Shown piece after piece: positions 62,466 to 64,000 of a stretch of 64,000 nucleotides of DNA. Position numbers and translations under genes: made by a program. This DNA comes from Dicyema japonicum (lineage: Eukaryota; Animalia; Dicyemida): contig RDEW01000065.1 in assembly GCA_011109175.1 (NCBI GenBank), positions 143,984 through 207,983 of the forward strand, read 5' to 3'. The notes beneath the pieces were generated by a model, which made no database searches, was not told where the DNA came from, and worked only from the letters and a program-made list of their open reading frames with translations. The first letter of the stretch is position 1, and every line of letters starts with the position of its first letter.

Positions 62466-63892
62466 ATGAAAAAAGAAATGGCAAGTTTATTATCAGAAAT
62501 TAAAGAAAAATACAACAAATCAGAATATTCAGAAAACGGTTGATTTTCCTATAAAATTAGCAAGAAGTCGTCGATTTCGCTATGAAAAGTGAATTCTACT
62601 TGAAATGTCGTCAAAAGAAATTAAATAACGAATTTCTGAAAAATTTAAAGCACAACAAATTTGAGGAAAAGCTCAGCCATATCAAGGAGGCCCAAAAGAT
62701 CTGGCTTAGAAAATTAAGAATCGGCATCAACGGTCTCTCAACTTTCCACAATCTCAAATTGGCATCAAAACGGAGTCAGACTTCCTTGGAGGTGATTTCG
62801 CCACAAAGAAGCGATATTTTGGGCTTGCACAGGGATGTTACCCCAATTTTTAGTTCTGATGACTTATTGAATACTATCGCTAAGATCAGTAACCCAAATA
62901 TAAAAAAGGACCTCCTCTTTGAGTCGAATCTCCCCGTAGTCGTCAAGCTGAGTCTCAGGTGGACTCCTTTTGAGAAACTGAAGGATCTAGTTGAAATATT
63001 TGGGGACATCAATGGACAAGACGACAAATATGGTGAAATACTAAGTCGTCAAGACATCAAAGCGGCCACTGAGATATGCGCACGTGGGTGTCCTTTGGGA
63101 ATGAGAGGGTCAATTTGGAAGTTGGCATTTGGAATATATCCAGAGGACAGGACAAAGTACTTCAGTGGACTGAAGGATCACTTTCTCAAATATGAAATGC
63201 TGGTCGACTACGTGGTGGAAGAGGACATTAGACAAACCGTGACTAACGACGATCAGTACTTTGTATTTGAGGATTTTATCCGCCAAATATTCCACTCTTT
63301 CATGAGAGATTCGGAAGTTACCGAAAGCATTGGATTGCTTAACGAGAATCAGTTCCTGAGATCAAAGAATTCCGTTGGAGATACTGTCGTGTATCCCCAA
63401 ATGGGTATGTCCCCTACCATGGCTTCAGTTACCTCATTGCCCCTTTCTGTTATCTCTACACCGATATTGAAGATATCTACTTTGTTTTTCGGGCATTTTT
63501 TGAGCGTCATTTTATATATTTGACCACAATATCCTCGCATAAGGAGTCGATCCTTTCACTCTGTGTACAATTTGAGCAACTTTTGATGGAAAAAGAGACG
63601 CACGTGTGCGCTCATATGAAGAAGATTGACATATATCCCCTCAATATCGCTTTTGGTTGGATTGTTAGCGCAATTTTCGTGGTATTTGGCGAATGAGGAA
63701 CTACTTTTACTATGGGATCGAATCATTGGGACCCAATCGCTGACAATTCTTCCAGTTTTGTCTGTTGCTATCATTTCCTTTCGTCGGGATAACGTATTGT
63801 GTGCTGAGTCCTCACAAGATATCGAAGCGATATTTTCGGATATAAAAAATATAAAAATTAATATTATTTTGAAGAAATTTATTTTTGAGTAA
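62466..63892 (+). CDS. TBC1D19: TBC1 domain family member 19-like; 26-nt intron 62539-62564; two compensating 1-nt indels
   Basis: GCPLGMRGSIW, NDDQYFVFED, YPPNGYVPYHGFS (corrected), LLLLWDRIIG match TBC1D19. Confidence 0.9.
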
Positions 63893-64000
63893 TTTTCTGA
63901 TTATTAATATTAAATAATCTATTTTTACTATCTAAAAGAACCATCAGACTACTAATATAGGGTTTCCTGAGCATTAACATCACTTTTCCGATCAATAGGT

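Overview
AT-rich eukaryotic (animal) nuclear DNA with small host genes scattered among decayed transposons. Host genes: a TGF-beta/activin-class ligand, a CAMLG/GET2-like gene, SAP18, an orphan Ser/Thr-rich repeat membrane protein, NOSIP, MTR4/SKIV2L2, a C2H2 zinc-finger gene, MCAT and TBC1D19. Nearly all introns I can place are GT-AG and only 21-29 nt. With a TGF-beta ligand present, this suggests a highly reduced animal such as a dicyemid mesozoan (inference). Single-base indels inside conserved genes look like uncorrected long-read errors. Mobile DNA includes a complete Ginger-type DNA transposon (TGT..ACA ends, 5-bp TSD) containing a CRE fragment that is itself split by a near-intact two-ORF LINE. 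There are also single-ORF APE-RT LINEs, RTE-like, R4-like and CRE fragments, Tigger/pogo and hAT remnants, tRNA-derived SINEs and a foldback MITE. Top observation: a ~60-85 nt motif in at least 9 copies, at the 5' end of a LINE and inside several non-autonomous elements. It shows compensatory base changes and the P1-P2-P3-P4 pseudoknot order of HDV-like ribozymes, but lacks the canonical P1.1. Other leads: a -1 frameshift-like signal between LINE ORF1 and ORF2, a PHD finger on a CRE element, a decayed 2A-like peptide, a 26-nt intron in the Ginger integrase, and a palindromic SRE pair upstream of MCAT.
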